Virus record (IMG/VR): IMGVR_UViG_3300047476_001256
Coordinates: 1 to 58,432 of that record
Direction: 5' to 3' (one strand)
Length of the DNA stretch: 58,432 nt
Source: a virus
Taxonomy: Duplodnaviria; Caudoviricetes
The first letter of the stretch is position 1. Each line of letters opens with the position of its first letter. The notes below the pieces were generated by a model, which did not search any database, was not told the origin of the DNA, and worked only from the letters and a program-made list of their open reading frames with translations. Position numbers and translations under genes: made by a program. Positions 30,468-40,227 of this stretch are shown here, in pieces.

Positions 30468-32681
30468 CTATGATTTTTTAAGGAATAATTCGTTCATAGT
30501 CTTTGCAACTTCAAACACATTTTCCACATTGACATATTTAGCGTCATTTCCATAACACTTTTTGAATACTTGCCAATCGGATGAATGTTCAAATCTATCT
30601 TGTGAACACTCTGTGATAAAGTATGAAAGAATATTGATACCATTACCCATCATTTTCTTCACTTGTTTGTTAGTGTGTTCTGCGGCATTATTTCCAGAAT
30701 AGTGTATCTCATCATTTCCGTGACTGATACTATATGTGGGTTGTCCGTCAGAGAAGTTTAAGAAGTAACTATCCGTATCGTTTGTTGATGGGATAAGTTC
30801 TTTCATAATAGCTTCGAAACACAAACCTTCTGGTGTCGTATTCGTACAACTCAATGCTGACATATAGTAAGCAAATTGTTTGAATGAGTCCCTACGACTA
30901 TCATGTACAACTGCAACATAAGGTAATGACCTACCACCATTTTCGGTAGAACGGATTGAAACTTGTACATTGATATTACGAGCCATCTCACATGCTTTCA
31001 CAATAGCGACAGTTGATACGATACATCTTCTCAATTTATCACCACTCATTGATCCAGAATAGTCAATTGAAATATGTAAGTTTGCCTTTTTGAATTGGTC
31101 TACCTCTTTAGAATAGAATACATTTTCGTTATCATATCCCAATGACGCAACCATTCTACCATCAATCTTACCTTTCTTCAATCTACTGAATATTGTTTCT
31201 CTACTTTCACTACGGATTTGTAGTTTCTTACCCAATAGATTACCCATTATCGTTCCACGCTTCACTTCGTCAGTATAAGGAGTATTGATACCATCAGCAT
31301 TCCACTTTTTATGTGTAAATGGAAAGTCTTCACTCTCTAATAAAGCAGGAGTAAGTTTCTTCACTACGATACAATCCACACCTTTACCAACTCTAGTACC
31401 ATCTTGGTTAGTATAATCACTACCAACACGTGTCAATTCGGTGCCTGATTCTTGGATAGTATCTAACTTATCTGATTCTTGTTTGGTAAGTTGTTTCTTC
31501 TTAACTTTATCGTTTAAGAAGTCTTTTTGTTTTTGGATTTTCTTATCCAATTGTTTCTTAGCATTGTCCGATAACTTAACTTTTTGTCCCGATGTTCCAT
31601 CACCATCCTCACCCAATTCCATATCAGAAATATCATCAATCTCAATCTCACCATTACCACTTTCACCCTCACCTTTACCATTTCCATTTTGTGGTTGGGA
31701 TTGTGATAACTCCATAGGAACATATCGTAAGATTTCAGCAACTACATCAATTGCAAGATTAAGTGCGTCAGTAGTAGTTTTCAATCTACTGATGTTTTTA
31801 AGGTCTAACATTCTATATATGTTTCTCAAACCTTTCAACTTACCTAATGTAGTTTCTGGGTTGTTAAGGTTGATAATACGGAACATATAACTTTCCCAAG
31901 TTTCATCCGTATATTCATCACTCTTAATACCTTTAGTAACTATCTTATCATTGAAATAGTGTTCATACATACTGATATAGTAATCTCTATAACCTGGTGC
32001 TGAATTGAATATATAATTGTCAATTCTTCTATCTTCTACCCAATTGGTCAAACCTTGTACTATATCCAATACTTCTTCGGTTACAAACCCCTTACTACCA
32101 ATCTTACCATTTGATAAAAATATCTCCGATAATTGTGGTTTGTAATTTCCACCATATGTATCAATTAAAGATTTAATTTCATAATACATTTGGTCGGATG
32201 TAAGTGGTGTTTCTCCATTTGCAATGGCAGTTTTGTTTTGATGTTCTAAATTAGACATTCTAGATGAATAGACTCTTCTAATATCAGCAAATACACCCAA
32301 CATTTTGAAATCGGATAATACAATGTGTGAACCTTCGTGTAAGGCCAAACCTACCGACACATCAAAGTTATCATCTACATCAGCAGAAAGGATAACTTTT
32401 TCACCATCCGTTTTACTTTCACTCTTAGTAGCAAAAGAAACAGGTATAGATTTACCAGTTACAATTTGAACGAAGTTTGAAATAGCTCTTCTAACTGAAG
32501 CTAATTTATAAAGATTGTGTGTCTTTTTGTAAGCGTCTAAATCTTTCTTTTGATAAGAACCAAATTGTTCCATATAATCAAAAGATGTATCATAATCATC
32601 ATACCAAAATGATGATGTCTTACTTTTTGATTTTACAAGGTAATCTTTTGTACCTGTTTTGAAATTGTCATACCAACTCAT
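30468..32681 (-). CDS. VWA-domain protein with N-terminal HEXXH metallopeptidase-like domain (MoxR partner)
   Basis: HEGSH...EDRRI; MIDAS DYSGSM, T, SDG. Confidence 0.85.
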   Translation of the reverse strand: MSWYDNFKTGTKDYLVKSKSKTSSFWYDDYDTSFDYMEQFGSYQKKDLDAYKKTHNLYKLASVRRAISNFVQIVTGKSIPVSFATKSESKTDGEKVILSADVDDNFDVSVGLALHEGSHIVLSDFKMLGVFADIRRVYSSRMSNLEHQNKTAIANGETPLTSDQMYYEIKSLIDTYGGNYKPQLSEIFLSNGKIGSKGFVTEEVLDIVQGLTNWVEDRRIDNYIFNSAPGYRDYYISMYEHYFNDKIVTKGIKSDEYTDETWESYMFRIINLNNPETTLGKLKGLRNIYRMLDLKNISRLKTTTDALNLAIDVVAEILRYVPMELSQSQPQNGNGKGEGESGNGEIEIDDISDMELGEDGDGTSGQKVKLSDNAKKQLDKKIQKQKDFLNDKVKKKQLTKQESDKLDTIQESGTELTRVGSDYTNQDGTRVGKGVDCIVVKKLTPALLESEDFPFTHKKWNADGINTPYTDEVKRGTIMGNLLGKKLQIRSESRETIFSRLKKGKIDGRMVASLGYDNENVFYSKEVDQFKKANLHISIDYSGSMSGDKLRRCIVSTVAIVKACEMARNINVQVSIRSTENGGRSLPYVAVVHDSRRDSFKQFAYYMSALSCTNTTPEGLCFEAIMKELIPSTNDTDSYFLNFSDGQPTYSISHGNDEIHYSGNNAAEHTNKQVKKMMGNGINILSYFITECSQDRFEHSSDWQVFKKCYGNDAKYVNVENVFEVAKTMNELFLKKS

Positions 32682-32728
32682 AGCTCGGAAATTTTATGTG
32701 TTTTTGTAAATTAATTTTGTGAATATAC

Positions 32729-32761
32729 CACAATATACGACTTTTTTCCCGAATTACCAAA
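32729..32761 (-). promoter_or_regulatory. Bacteroidota-type promoter (variant -7)
   Basis: TTTGGTAA...TCGTATATTG. Confidence 0.7.
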
Positions 32762-32780
32762 TATTTATTAAACTTTTTTA

Positions 32781-32854
32781 TAATATGTTGGAAATCAACC
32801 AGTTATGCATAAAAAAAGACCTATATACATAAGTCTTTGATTATCAACGAGTTA
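32781..32854. repeat. two IHF-consensus-like palindromes
   Basis: centres 32793, 32842. Confidence 0.7.
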
Positions 32855-33047
32855 GGAAAATACCCCATTTTTGGTCAATTATAGGGTAAAATCTTCATTA
32901 GTTTGCACTCCTTTTGGAATTTTCGTATTATTTTGTGGTTTGTTACCAACTACCGTGATTTTGGTTTGTGGTTGTTTGTCCTCTTTTAGTAAATCCCTAA
33001 TTTCACTTAATAGGTCTACTATAATTTTGAATTGTTCTAATTCCATA

Positions 33048-34124
33048 TTAATTGTTTAATAATTTTTTAAAATATTCGGTATAAGAATAATCGTGTATAT
33101 ATTCCATTAATTTTTTTCTATTGTCTTTCGACTTTTCAACAAAATATTCAAATTTTGACTCCAAATCATTACTTCCAATAAATTCATCAATAGATTTAAA
33201 TTCCGAATTTAATAGAAAAAAATGTTTTGATAATTCTTTAATCATTTCAATTGGCCCTACCAAGAAAAATGGATGATTAAAAAATAAAGCTTTAAATGTT
33301 TTTTCAGTTATAAAATATTCTGAATTATTTTGATAGTATATAGTTTCAAATACTAAATTATAATTTTTATAATTATAATCATTTATTGTTTCGAAATGTT
33401 TATATTTTGTAAATTCCAAATCATAAGAATCATTTATAGAACTTCCATTGAATATTTTATTTGGAAATTTTTTATGTAGTCTATTCAATATTTCACTACG
33501 CCAACTACTATCATTTGTTGCTTTGCTGTATGTGAATATTGGCAATTGATTTTTATCAAATTTTTTTTCTTTCATATTAGACATCAAATCCGTTAAATAG
33601 TAATATCCAATATAATAATAAAAATATTTAAAACTTAGTTTTGGGTCAAATATACCTATTTCCGAAAAATCATATGGTTCGGACATCATATCGTTTAAAT
33701 GAATATTTGATTGATTGGATGCCGATAAAATTAAATCTATTTTTGTAGATTTACATTTATCAAATAATTTCTTTGGAAAAACTTCACCCCACATCCAAAG
33801 TAATACCAATTTACAACCTGGATATGTTTCTCTAAACCTTTCACATTTATCATAATAGATATCGGTGTCGGATATCATTATTATTTTATTTTGATATGAG
33901 TTTATTTCTTCTGCTGGGACATTATCGTAAACTATATGATTCATTGATACAAACATTAAATCCGCTTTCATTTCTTCGGAATAATATTTTACATAAGTAG
34001 ATGATTGATACGCCCTATGGTCAAACTCATCTTTATATATTAGGTTTTCTTTTCCAAACAAACCAAATGCTTTACATAAAGCATATTTTCTATCTAAAAA
34101 AAGAATAAGATTATTCGGTTTCAT
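33048..34124 (-). CDS. glycosyltransferase-like protein (GT10-like C-terminus)
   Basis: NLVFET...FITEKTFKAL...PF..VG. Confidence 0.6.
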   Translation of the reverse strand: MKPNNLILFLDRKYALCKAFGLFGKENLIYKDEFDHRAYQSSTYVKYYSEEMKADLMFVSMNHIVYDNVPAEEINSYQNKIIMISDTDIYYDKCERFRETYPGCKLVLLWMWGEVFPKKLFDKCKSTKIDLILSASNQSNIHLNDMMSEPYDFSEIGIFDPKLSFKYFYYYIGYYYLTDLMSNMKEKKFDKNQLPIFTYSKATNDSSWRSEILNRLHKKFPNKIFNGSSINDSYDLEFTKYKHFETINDYNYKNYNLVFETIYYQNNSEYFITEKTFKALFFNHPFFLVGPIEMIKELSKHFFLLNSEFKSIDEFIGSNDLESKFEYFVEKSKDNRKKLMEYIHDYSYTEYFKKLLNN

Positions 34125-34407
34125 TTTCCATAAATTCAGTAAACTGCTTACCCGCTTTAGGGTTCACTTCGTATAAGTGTTCCAAACTTAATTCGTATCT
34201 ACCATTCTGTGTTTGTAATAAAAATGTTTCGGTTTGCAAACTATCAATTGCAACCTGCAAACTATCCACACTCTTTGAGTAAGATATACTTGCCTTTTCA
34301 CTTCTAAGTTTAGACAATTCTTTTTGTTGTAGATAACATATCAATAATACCGATACTGCACCTGTTCCAACAATTGCTTTTTGATATTTTTGTATAAATT
34401 CTTTCAT
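34111..34407 (-). CDS. membrane-anchored coiled-coil protein
   Basis: N-terminal hydrophobic segment. Confidence 0.55.
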   Translation of the reverse strand: MKEFIQKYQKAIVGTGAVSVLLICYLQQKELSKLRSEKASISYSKSVDSLQVAIDSLQTETFLLQTQNGRYELSLEHLYEVNPKAGKQFTEFMENETE

Positions 34408-34629
34408 AATTATAAATATTAAAAATCACCTTCCGAATTAACTGAGTTGTCATCCCATCCATCACGACCGGCTGATGTTAAAAAATCATTCTCATCGATA
34501 TCGATTTCATCATCCATTAAATAATCATTGCTTTTTATCAATACCCAAGCAATTAAAGAAATTCCAAATAAACTAAACAAAATAACAGCAAGCATAAAAA
34601 AAATATATAATAAAGGTTTAATAATCCAT

Positions 34630-35151
34630 TTAATCCCACCATCCTCTCATCCCACCATCCATTTTGTTTCCTTTTAAAATCTTCCACAATTCTTTCCATT
34701 CGGCCTCTCTTATATCATGTGACCTTTGGAATACTTTTCTATTGTGTTCTTTTTGTTCAGGTGTATCTTCCTCATCACTCCATTCCCAATCAATATGTAA
34801 CTTACCTAATTCATTTTCGGCTTGTTCCACATATCCATCTTCTCGTATGTTATCAATCAACTGAATTGCTCTTTTGATATTATTCACTTTTTCCATTCTA
34901 CTTTCCTCAACTTCCCATCCATGAAATTCCAATGTGTGTGCAAGTTTAGTCAAAGAGCGTCTTAATATCATCAGTGAATACATATAGTCCCAACTACGAT
35001 GCTCCCACAATTCTTTTCTAAAATACCAAACATTCTCAAAGAAATATGGTATTTTATATCTAAACAATTCGTAGGTTTTATACCACCAAGTTCGATGTCT
35101 ACTCATTGTTTTTAGACTTTCCCAAAAACTATCTGCAAATTCTACTTTCAT
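34630..35151 (-). CDS. conserved phage protein
   Basis: W..R.WD.....; C-terminal GWWD. Confidence 0.65.
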   Translation of the reverse strand: MKVEFADSFWESLKTMSRHRTWWYKTYELFRYKIPYFFENVWYFRKELWEHRSWDYMYSLMILRRSLTKLAHTLEFHGWEVEESRMEKVNNIKRAIQLIDNIREDGYVEQAENELGKLHIDWEWSDEEDTPEQKEHNRKVFQRSHDIREAEWKELWKILKGNKMDGGMRGWWD

Positions 35152-35316
35152 AACTATTTGTTTTTATTTTTTTTCTTAAAAAAGTCCATTATTTTCTTCT
35201 CTTTTCGTATTGTAGTCCATGAACCATCCAATTTTTCTTCTAAAAGAGGTGCTTTCCACATTTCAAACATCATCCATAAAAATGTTCCAATGATGCCAAT
35301 TAAAACATATTCCATA

Positions 35317-35799
35317 CTATATAAGTTTTAAAATTCTATTCTCTACTAATTTGTGAGAATGTTTTATAATATAACCCCACATTAAATCACCTAATATTGA
35401 ATATCCAAAGAAAGGAATTGCCAAAGTATAACACATAGTCAACCCTTCAATCGTATGTGGGTAGTCCATAAACCATACTCCAAAATTTGACACTATGAAA
35501 AATACCAATGATGATAAGAATATGGATTTAACATTCATTTGATTTAAAAACCAACCCATTATTGTAACCAATACAAATCCGGCATATACCCATAATGATA
35601 TCATTCCAAATCCTAAAACTATGTCAGATAAGAACATTGCAACTAAAGGTGTTAATATACTTAACCATCTCTTTTGAAACATTAAACCAGAAAACAAAGC
35701 CAATGATGTTACTGGTGTAAAATTTGGTGGATGTGGTATCAATCTAAAACATACGGCAATTAAAATAAATGCCACTAATAAATTTTCTTTTTTGTTCAT
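35317..35799 (-). CDS. DUF6580-like putative transport membrane protein
   Basis: RLIPHPPNFTP...SD...FF.VSNFGVW...CY..AIPFF. Confidence 0.75.
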   Translation of the reverse strand: MNKKENLLVAFILIAVCFRLIPHPPNFTPVTSLALFSGLMFQKRWLSILTPLVAMFLSDIVLGFGMISLWVYAGFVLVTIMGWFLNQMNVKSIFLSSLVFFIVSNFGVWFMDYPHTIEGLTMCYTLAIPFFGYSILGDLMWGYIIKHSHKLVENRILKLI

Positions 35800-35800
35800 A

Positions 35801-36277
35801 TTATTTGTTTTTCATTATGTTATATCTTCTCTGTCTTTCTTCTGCAGACAATTCTTCAGTATAGGTATGTGCAATGTTTGCTTTAACACATATTTCGGGT
35901 AACTTACTATTTCTGAAATAATTGTTTATATATCCTATGATGTTTGCCGAACCTATTGGATTTGCAGAGTGAACATATATTTGTGGTAAGGGTATTTTTG
36001 TATTCATACTTTCTGCTACTAAAAATCTTGCACAATCCATTCCCGTTTTTTCAGGTATTCTTTCGTAATTCAATTCGTAATTTGGTTTAACATTTGTATA
36101 ATATTCAACCATTGCACCTTCACCCAAATCGTGGTCTAAAGTGATTACTTCATACGCTCCCAAACCTTTCAATTTAATGTGTGCCACAAATTCATCATAG
36201 TTTCTCACCACTTCCCAATCACCTTCGGTTGGTATTCGGACATCATCTAAATACAACCATATTTTATTCTTTTCCAT
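35801..36277 (-). CDS. cyclic-phosphate-processing receiver domain protein
   Basis: LYLDD.R, LDHDLG, TG.D, HSANP.G. Confidence 0.8.
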   Translation of the reverse strand: MEKNKIWLYLDDVRIPTEGDWEVVRNYDEFVAHIKLKGLGAYEVITLDHDLGEGAMVEYYTNVKPNYELNYERIPEKTGMDCARFLVAESMNTKIPLPQIYVHSANPIGSANIIGYINNYFRNSKLPEICVKANIAHTYTEELSAEERQRRYNIMKNK

Positions 36278-37131
36278 TATATTAAATTTGTTTTTTCTAA
36301 TTTTTTAATGTGGTCTATTACCCTATCTGCTACCCATCTATGTCCTTTAACTGAGGCGTGGTCTTCTTTATGATTGTATTTATAATTTCCATTCCAAGCT
36401 TTTGCAACATTCCATATTTGCAATTTGTTATTTTGTAAATACCCCATTATACCACCTTCCCAATTGGGTATATTGATAAATGAATCTTTTATTTTATCAT
36501 ACAATTCATTCTTCTTTAAAAAATCGGGTTGATTACCAGACCAAGGTACTAAAATAACTTTTATTTCTGGAAATTCCTTTTGAAATAACATTATTTTTTT
36601 GTATGTTTCTATCCAAAAATTTTCTTCATTATAATTTTTAATCCATTCAATAGCTGCTTCTACAACATCCGGATTGCTATTTTTTAATTTTAGATAATTT
36701 TCAATTTCTGTTGGGGTATTTGGTAGATATTCACCACCTTCTTTACCATGTAAATTTTCATCCCACCATCTCACATATCCTATTTCTAAAACAACATATT
36801 TTATCCTATCAATTAGTTTTTTAATTTCAACATCATCTTTTTTCTCATATAAATGCCATATTGCACTGGGAGCTGTTCCTCCTAAAGTTGGTTTATTGGA
36901 TGAATCGTGTACATTGAATTCATTATAATTTAAATCTTTACAAGTAAGAGATGACCATCTATAATATTTCCAATATTTTTTCTCATAGTTATCTCTAGTG
37001 TTTACATCTAATGGCAAATGGACTCCCTTACTTAAATATTCTTCACTATTTAATTCAGGATCCAATTCCCACTCCAACCCCAATCCAAATGTATTAGATT
37101 GTCCAGCAAAAACAATTGTATCTCTTTCCAT
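36277..37131 (-). CDS. SGNH/GDSL hydrolase-like protein
   Basis: GQSNTFG ... DHAS..GH. Confidence 0.65.
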   Translation of the reverse strand: MERDTIVFAGQSNTFGLGLEWELDPELNSEEYLSKGVHLPLDVNTRDNYEKKYWKYYRWSSLTCKDLNYNEFNVHDSSNKPTLGGTAPSAIWHLYEKKDDVEIKKLIDRIKYVVLEIGYVRWWDENLHGKEGGEYLPNTPTEIENYLKLKNSNPDVVEAAIEWIKNYNEENFWIETYKKIMLFQKEFPEIKVILVPWSGNQPDFLKKNELYDKIKDSFINIPNWEGGIMGYLQNNKLQIWNVAKAWNGNYKYNHKEDHASVKGHRWVADRVIDHIKKLEKTNLI

Positions 37132-37898
37132 TATATAAAATTGATTTGTCTTGTCATAAAATCGTAATCAAAAGTAATTGGTTCATTATAAACCTCATAT
37201 CTTAAATTACAACTACATCCATTAAAAGTATAAATATCACCCCACTCATCTTTATAAGGAATAATTCCATATCCATATGCTTCATGTATATGACCTGCAA
37301 AATGTAAGTGCGGTTTTACTTCATGCAATCTATGATACAAATCTTCACAACCTACATTTTGATAATTGTTTTGAGTCTTATCACAATATCCGTAAATAGG
37401 ACTATGTGTTATTACAATGTCTGTGTCATCTGGTATTTTGTTCCAAACTTCATTGATATCCTGCCCTCTATCTTTGTTAAAGGCCCAACCATATCCGAAA
37501 CTAGGACTGATAGGACTTCCCCATATTTTAATATTGTCGAATTCAACAAAACTATTCTCTAAATAAAATGTATCATTATCCAATTTAGATAACAACTCAA
37601 TCAACCATTCGGGTTTTCCTTCAACAGGTGGTTCAAAGTATTGTTTCTTATCAAAGTGGACTGACTTATCTCTAAATAAAACCTCACTATCAAAACTTAA
37701 GTCGTGGTTACCTGCAATAAATACTTTGAATTTATATGGTTGTTCACTAAACCATTTAACGAAATCTTCCACTTCGTGTTTTCTACCGATAGATGAAATA
37801 TCTCCACTATGTATTAACAAATCTCCTCCTGGTAATTTACCATTAAGTTGTTTGTGTTTATTATGTGTATCACTTATGTGCGTTATTCTCATTTTCAT
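37131..37898 (-). CDS. calcineurin-like metallophosphoesterase
   Basis: SDTH, GD, GNHD, TH, GHIHE. Confidence 0.9.
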   Translation of the reverse strand: MKMRITHISDTHNKHKQLNGKLPGGDLLIHSGDISSIGRKHEVEDFVKWFSEQPYKFKVFIAGNHDLSFDSEVLFRDKSVHFDKKQYFEPPVEGKPEWLIELLSKLDNDTFYLENSFVEFDNIKIWGSPISPSFGYGWAFNKDRGQDINEVWNKIPDDTDIVITHSPIYGYCDKTQNNYQNVGCEDLYHRLHEVKPHLHFAGHIHEAYGYGIIPYKDEWGDIYTFNGCSCNLRYEVYNEPITFDYDFMTRQINFI

Positions 37899-38191
37899 TT
37901 TACTTTCTTTAAATATTTTATAATATCTTTTATCTTATCCGTATCTTTTGGACTAATAATAAATTCATCAAATGCACCATACATACATTGATATCCAAAT
38001 ATATACTTTATACCATACTTTACTCTTTCCCAAAATGGTCTTTTGTTTAAGTGAGTATGAATATAAACCATAGGTGATTTTGTTCCATCCGGATATTCAT
38101 CTTCCGAATAATGTACAACCATTTGATGCTCGGTTGAATGACAATCACATATTAAAATATCGTGTGTTTCGTAAGGTATCTTTTTAGACAT
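37895..38191 (-). CDS. hypothetical protein
   Basis: CDC..EH; FW.R....IKYIFG. Confidence 0.6.
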   Translation of the reverse strand: MSKKIPYETHDILICDCHSTEHQMVVHYSEDEYPDGTKSPMVYIHTHLNKRPFWERVKYGIKYIFGYQCMYGAFDEFIISPKDTDKIKDIIKYLKKVK

Positions 38192-38305
38192 ATTATTGAG
38201 TTTACTATGTAAATATACGAAAAAAACCCCAAATTACCAAATAAATCTTCGGTATTAAGGGGTTCAATGACTTATATATATTAAAAAAATTATATATGTA
38301 AATAG

Positions 38306-38477
38306 CTGTATCGGTAGGACTCGAACCATACAAACGGAGATTCAATAAGTAACATAAGTGCTTGCAAGCTTGGTGGTCTACCCCAGTATTACTCATCTAT
38401 TTCTTTATCCGTGCCCTCGGGACTGGAGGGTGTGTTTGCCAGGTTATAACTGAGATAACCAATTTCACCACGATACA
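38306..38477 (-). ncRNA. giant tRNA-like RNA (172 nt) with expanded D and variable arms
   Basis: acceptor TGTATCG/CGATACA, anticodon stem CCCTC/GAGGG, TTCGAGT T-loop. Confidence 0.7.
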
Positions 38478-38483
38478 ATTTTT

Positions 38484-38556
38484 GAACTAACTCACTGGAA
38501 ACCTTATAATTGAATTGAATCAACTTATGGGTTAAGCACTCCGTTTATGTTAGTTC
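38484..38556 (-). ncRNA. unknown small structured RNA
   Basis: closing helix GAACTAAC/GTTAGTTC. Confidence 0.45.
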
Positions 38557-38573
38557 TTCGTGCTCCAAATTTG

Positions 38574-38661
38574 CGGAAAGACAGGGATTCGAACCCCAGA
38601 TACGCTCATCACGTATGCCGCTTTTCAAGAGCGGTGCAATCAACCTCTCTGCCATCTTTCC
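38574..38661 (-). tRNA. tRNA-Ser(UGA)
   Basis: cloverleaf, long variable arm, G73. Confidence 0.95.
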
Positions 38662-38668
38662 TAATATA

Positions 38669-38938
38669 CTAATAGATATGTGTTTCTTCGTTTCTGAAGT
38701 CTTTTGTATCTATTTCAAATTTTTCTTGTCTAATTCTAGCTTCTTCTGCTTCTCTAACCATTCTAATCCAAGTAATAGATACATCAACAGGCGCCAATAC
38801 CCATGCCATAACTAACACCATAATTGAGTCTAATTCCGGTGATGTCCCATAATCAACTCCTCTATTTTTGTATTTTTGATTCAGTTGATAGAAACAATAC
38901 ACTATGCAAATAACATAATAAATAACAAACCAATTCAT
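38669..38938 (-). CDS. small membrane protein within tRNA array
   Basis: two hydrophobic segments; own promoter at about 38960-39007. Confidence 0.65.
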   Translation of the reverse strand: MNWFVIYYVICIVYCFYQLNQKYKNRGVDYGTSPELDSIMVLVMAWVLAPVDVSITWIRMVREAEEARIRQEKFEIDTKDFRNEETHIY

Positions 38939-39013
38939 AATTTTAAGTTTTAAGTTTTAATAAATATACGATAATATTTTTATATTACCAATTTTTATAT
39001 TACCAAATAAATG

Positions 39014-39087
39014 TGGGAAAGATAGGACTCGAACCTATGACCTCAAAATTATGAGTTTTTTGCTCTAACCAACTGAGCTACATTCCC
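39014..39087 (-). tRNA. tRNA-Ile2/Met(CAU)
   Basis: cloverleaf, CAT anticodon; GGG acceptor suggests Ile2. Confidence 0.85.
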
Positions 39088-39090
39088 AAT

Positions 39091-39195
39091 AAAGATTATA
39101 TTCATTCCGCCTTTAGTAGTCTATTTACCATTCACTACCACGTTTATCTAGTCAGACTTCTTTGGGTTTGGTATCGTTCCCTTTATATAATCTTT
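39091..39195 (-). ncRNA. unknown small structured RNA
   Basis: 11-bp closing helix AAAGATTATAT/ATATAATCTTT. Confidence 0.45.
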
Positions 39196-39203
39196 AAATA
39201 AGG

Positions 39204-39313
39204 TGCCGGAGGAGAGATTGGTTACTCACACGCAGGCCATTTCGGCTAATACTGCTCCTTTCTAGATTACGGCGCGTCTCAAAGTTGTACACACTTCTTT
39301 CCGCCACTCCGGC
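39204..39313 (-). ncRNA. tRNA-Leu-like RNA with degenerate anticodon arm and T-loop
   Basis: acceptor GCCGGAG/CTCCGGC, A73, Leu-type GCG/CGC D-stem, long variable arm. Confidence 0.65.
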
Positions 39314-39319
39314 ATATTG

Positions 39320-39391
39320 TGGAGAATACCGGATTCGAACCGATGTATCATGCGTGCAAGGCAGGTGCTAAACCAACTCAGCTAATTCCCC
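39320..39391 (-). tRNA. tRNA-Ala(UGC)
   Basis: cloverleaf, G3:U70. Confidence 0.95.
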
Positions 39392-39397
39392 CATTTG

Positions 39398-39483
39398 TGC
39401 CTCAAGCGGGAATCGAACCCGCACCCACATTACTGCGGACGAGATTTTAAGTCTCGCGTGTATACCGATTTCACCATCGAGGC
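39398..39483 (-). tRNA. tRNA-Leu(UAA)
   Basis: cloverleaf, long variable arm. Confidence 0.95.
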
Positions 39484-39491
39484 GGTGATTG

Positions 39492-39563
39492 TAGTCCGGC
39501 GTGGAATCGAACCACGAATAGTTGCTTAGAAGGCGACGGTTATATCCATTTAACTACCAGACC
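39492..39563 (-). tRNA. tRNA-Arg(UCU)
   Basis: cloverleaf. Confidence 0.9.
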
Positions 39564-39566
39564 ATT

Positions 39567-39730
39567 GGTTGTTTCAACTTGCAAGTTTACTCTTAACATC
39601 TCTTTCTCTACAACGACTGAACTTAATCACATTTGTAGTCCGAATGTAGCGTTGGGTAATTACTCCATGCTTCTATGTAACTCTATATACCTTACTTTGT
39701 TACTAAGTGTGTTAAGTGTATGAAACAACT
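39567..39730 (-). ncRNA. unknown structured RNA (about 165 nt)
   Basis: closing helix GTTGTTTCA/TGAAACAAC; inner CTTAACA/TGTTAAG. Confidence 0.5.
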
Positions 39731-39732
39731 TG

Positions 39733-39807
39733 CGGAATTAACGGGATTCGAACCCGTGGTCTCATCCGTGACAGGGATGCATGTTAGGCCAACTACACCA
39801 TAATTCC
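39733..39807 (-). tRNA. tRNA-Asp(GUC)
   Basis: cloverleaf, G73. Confidence 0.95.
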
Positions 39808-39813
39808 AATTTG

Positions 39814-39886
39814 AGCCTAGTGATGGATTCGAACCTCCGACCCTCTCATTACAAATGAGATGCTCTACCAGCTGAGCTAACCAGGC
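39814..39886 (-). tRNA. tRNA-Thr(UGU)
   Basis: cloverleaf. Confidence 0.95.
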
Positions 39887-40013
39887 AATTTAGAAGGTCA
39901 CCGATACCACCTTCAACGGAGAGTTATTTAATGTCATTTTGTCTAATTTATCTTTCGATACATAGTCGCAGGTTTCTCTCTTAACTGACGAACCCGACCC
40001 GGTTTTAAGTTTG

Positions 40014-40085
40014 TAGTCCCGAGGAGAATCGAACTCCCCTCTCGTCCGTGAAAGGGACGCGTCCTAACCGATAGACGACGGGACC
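40014..40085 (-). tRNA. tRNA-Glu(UUC)
   Basis: cloverleaf. Confidence 0.95.
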
Positions 40086-40090
40086 AGAAC

Positions 40091-40189
40091 TAAAGGAAAG
40101 TAGAAGATGGGTGCGTGGACATCTACTTTTATGATTGGCGTTTCTAACCGGTCAGTATTACAATGAATACCCATCCCAATCAACCTTTA
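40091..40189 (-). ncRNA. small RNA with potential kissing-loop pseudoknot
   Basis: TAAAGG/CCTTTA, TGATTGG/CCAATCA, AAAGTAGA/TCTACTTT, loop-loop GATGGGT/ACCCATC. Confidence 0.55.
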
Positions 40190-40195
40190 ATAAAT

Positions 40196-40227
40196 TAAAT
40201 ATACGATAAATAATTTAATCTACCAAA
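40196..40227 (-). promoter_or_regulatory. internal Bacteroidota-type promoter driving distal tRNAs
   Basis: TTTGGTAG...TCGTATATTTA. Confidence 0.7.

Noticed and set aside
38306-38477. Intron-containing tRNA
   Set aside because: Insertions are in the D and variable arms and far too short for group I/II introns.
39250-39275. CTA in the Leu-like RNA as an amber suppressor, implying stop-codon recoding
   Set aside because: No proper anticodon stem-loop; genes are intact in the standard code and some end in TAG.
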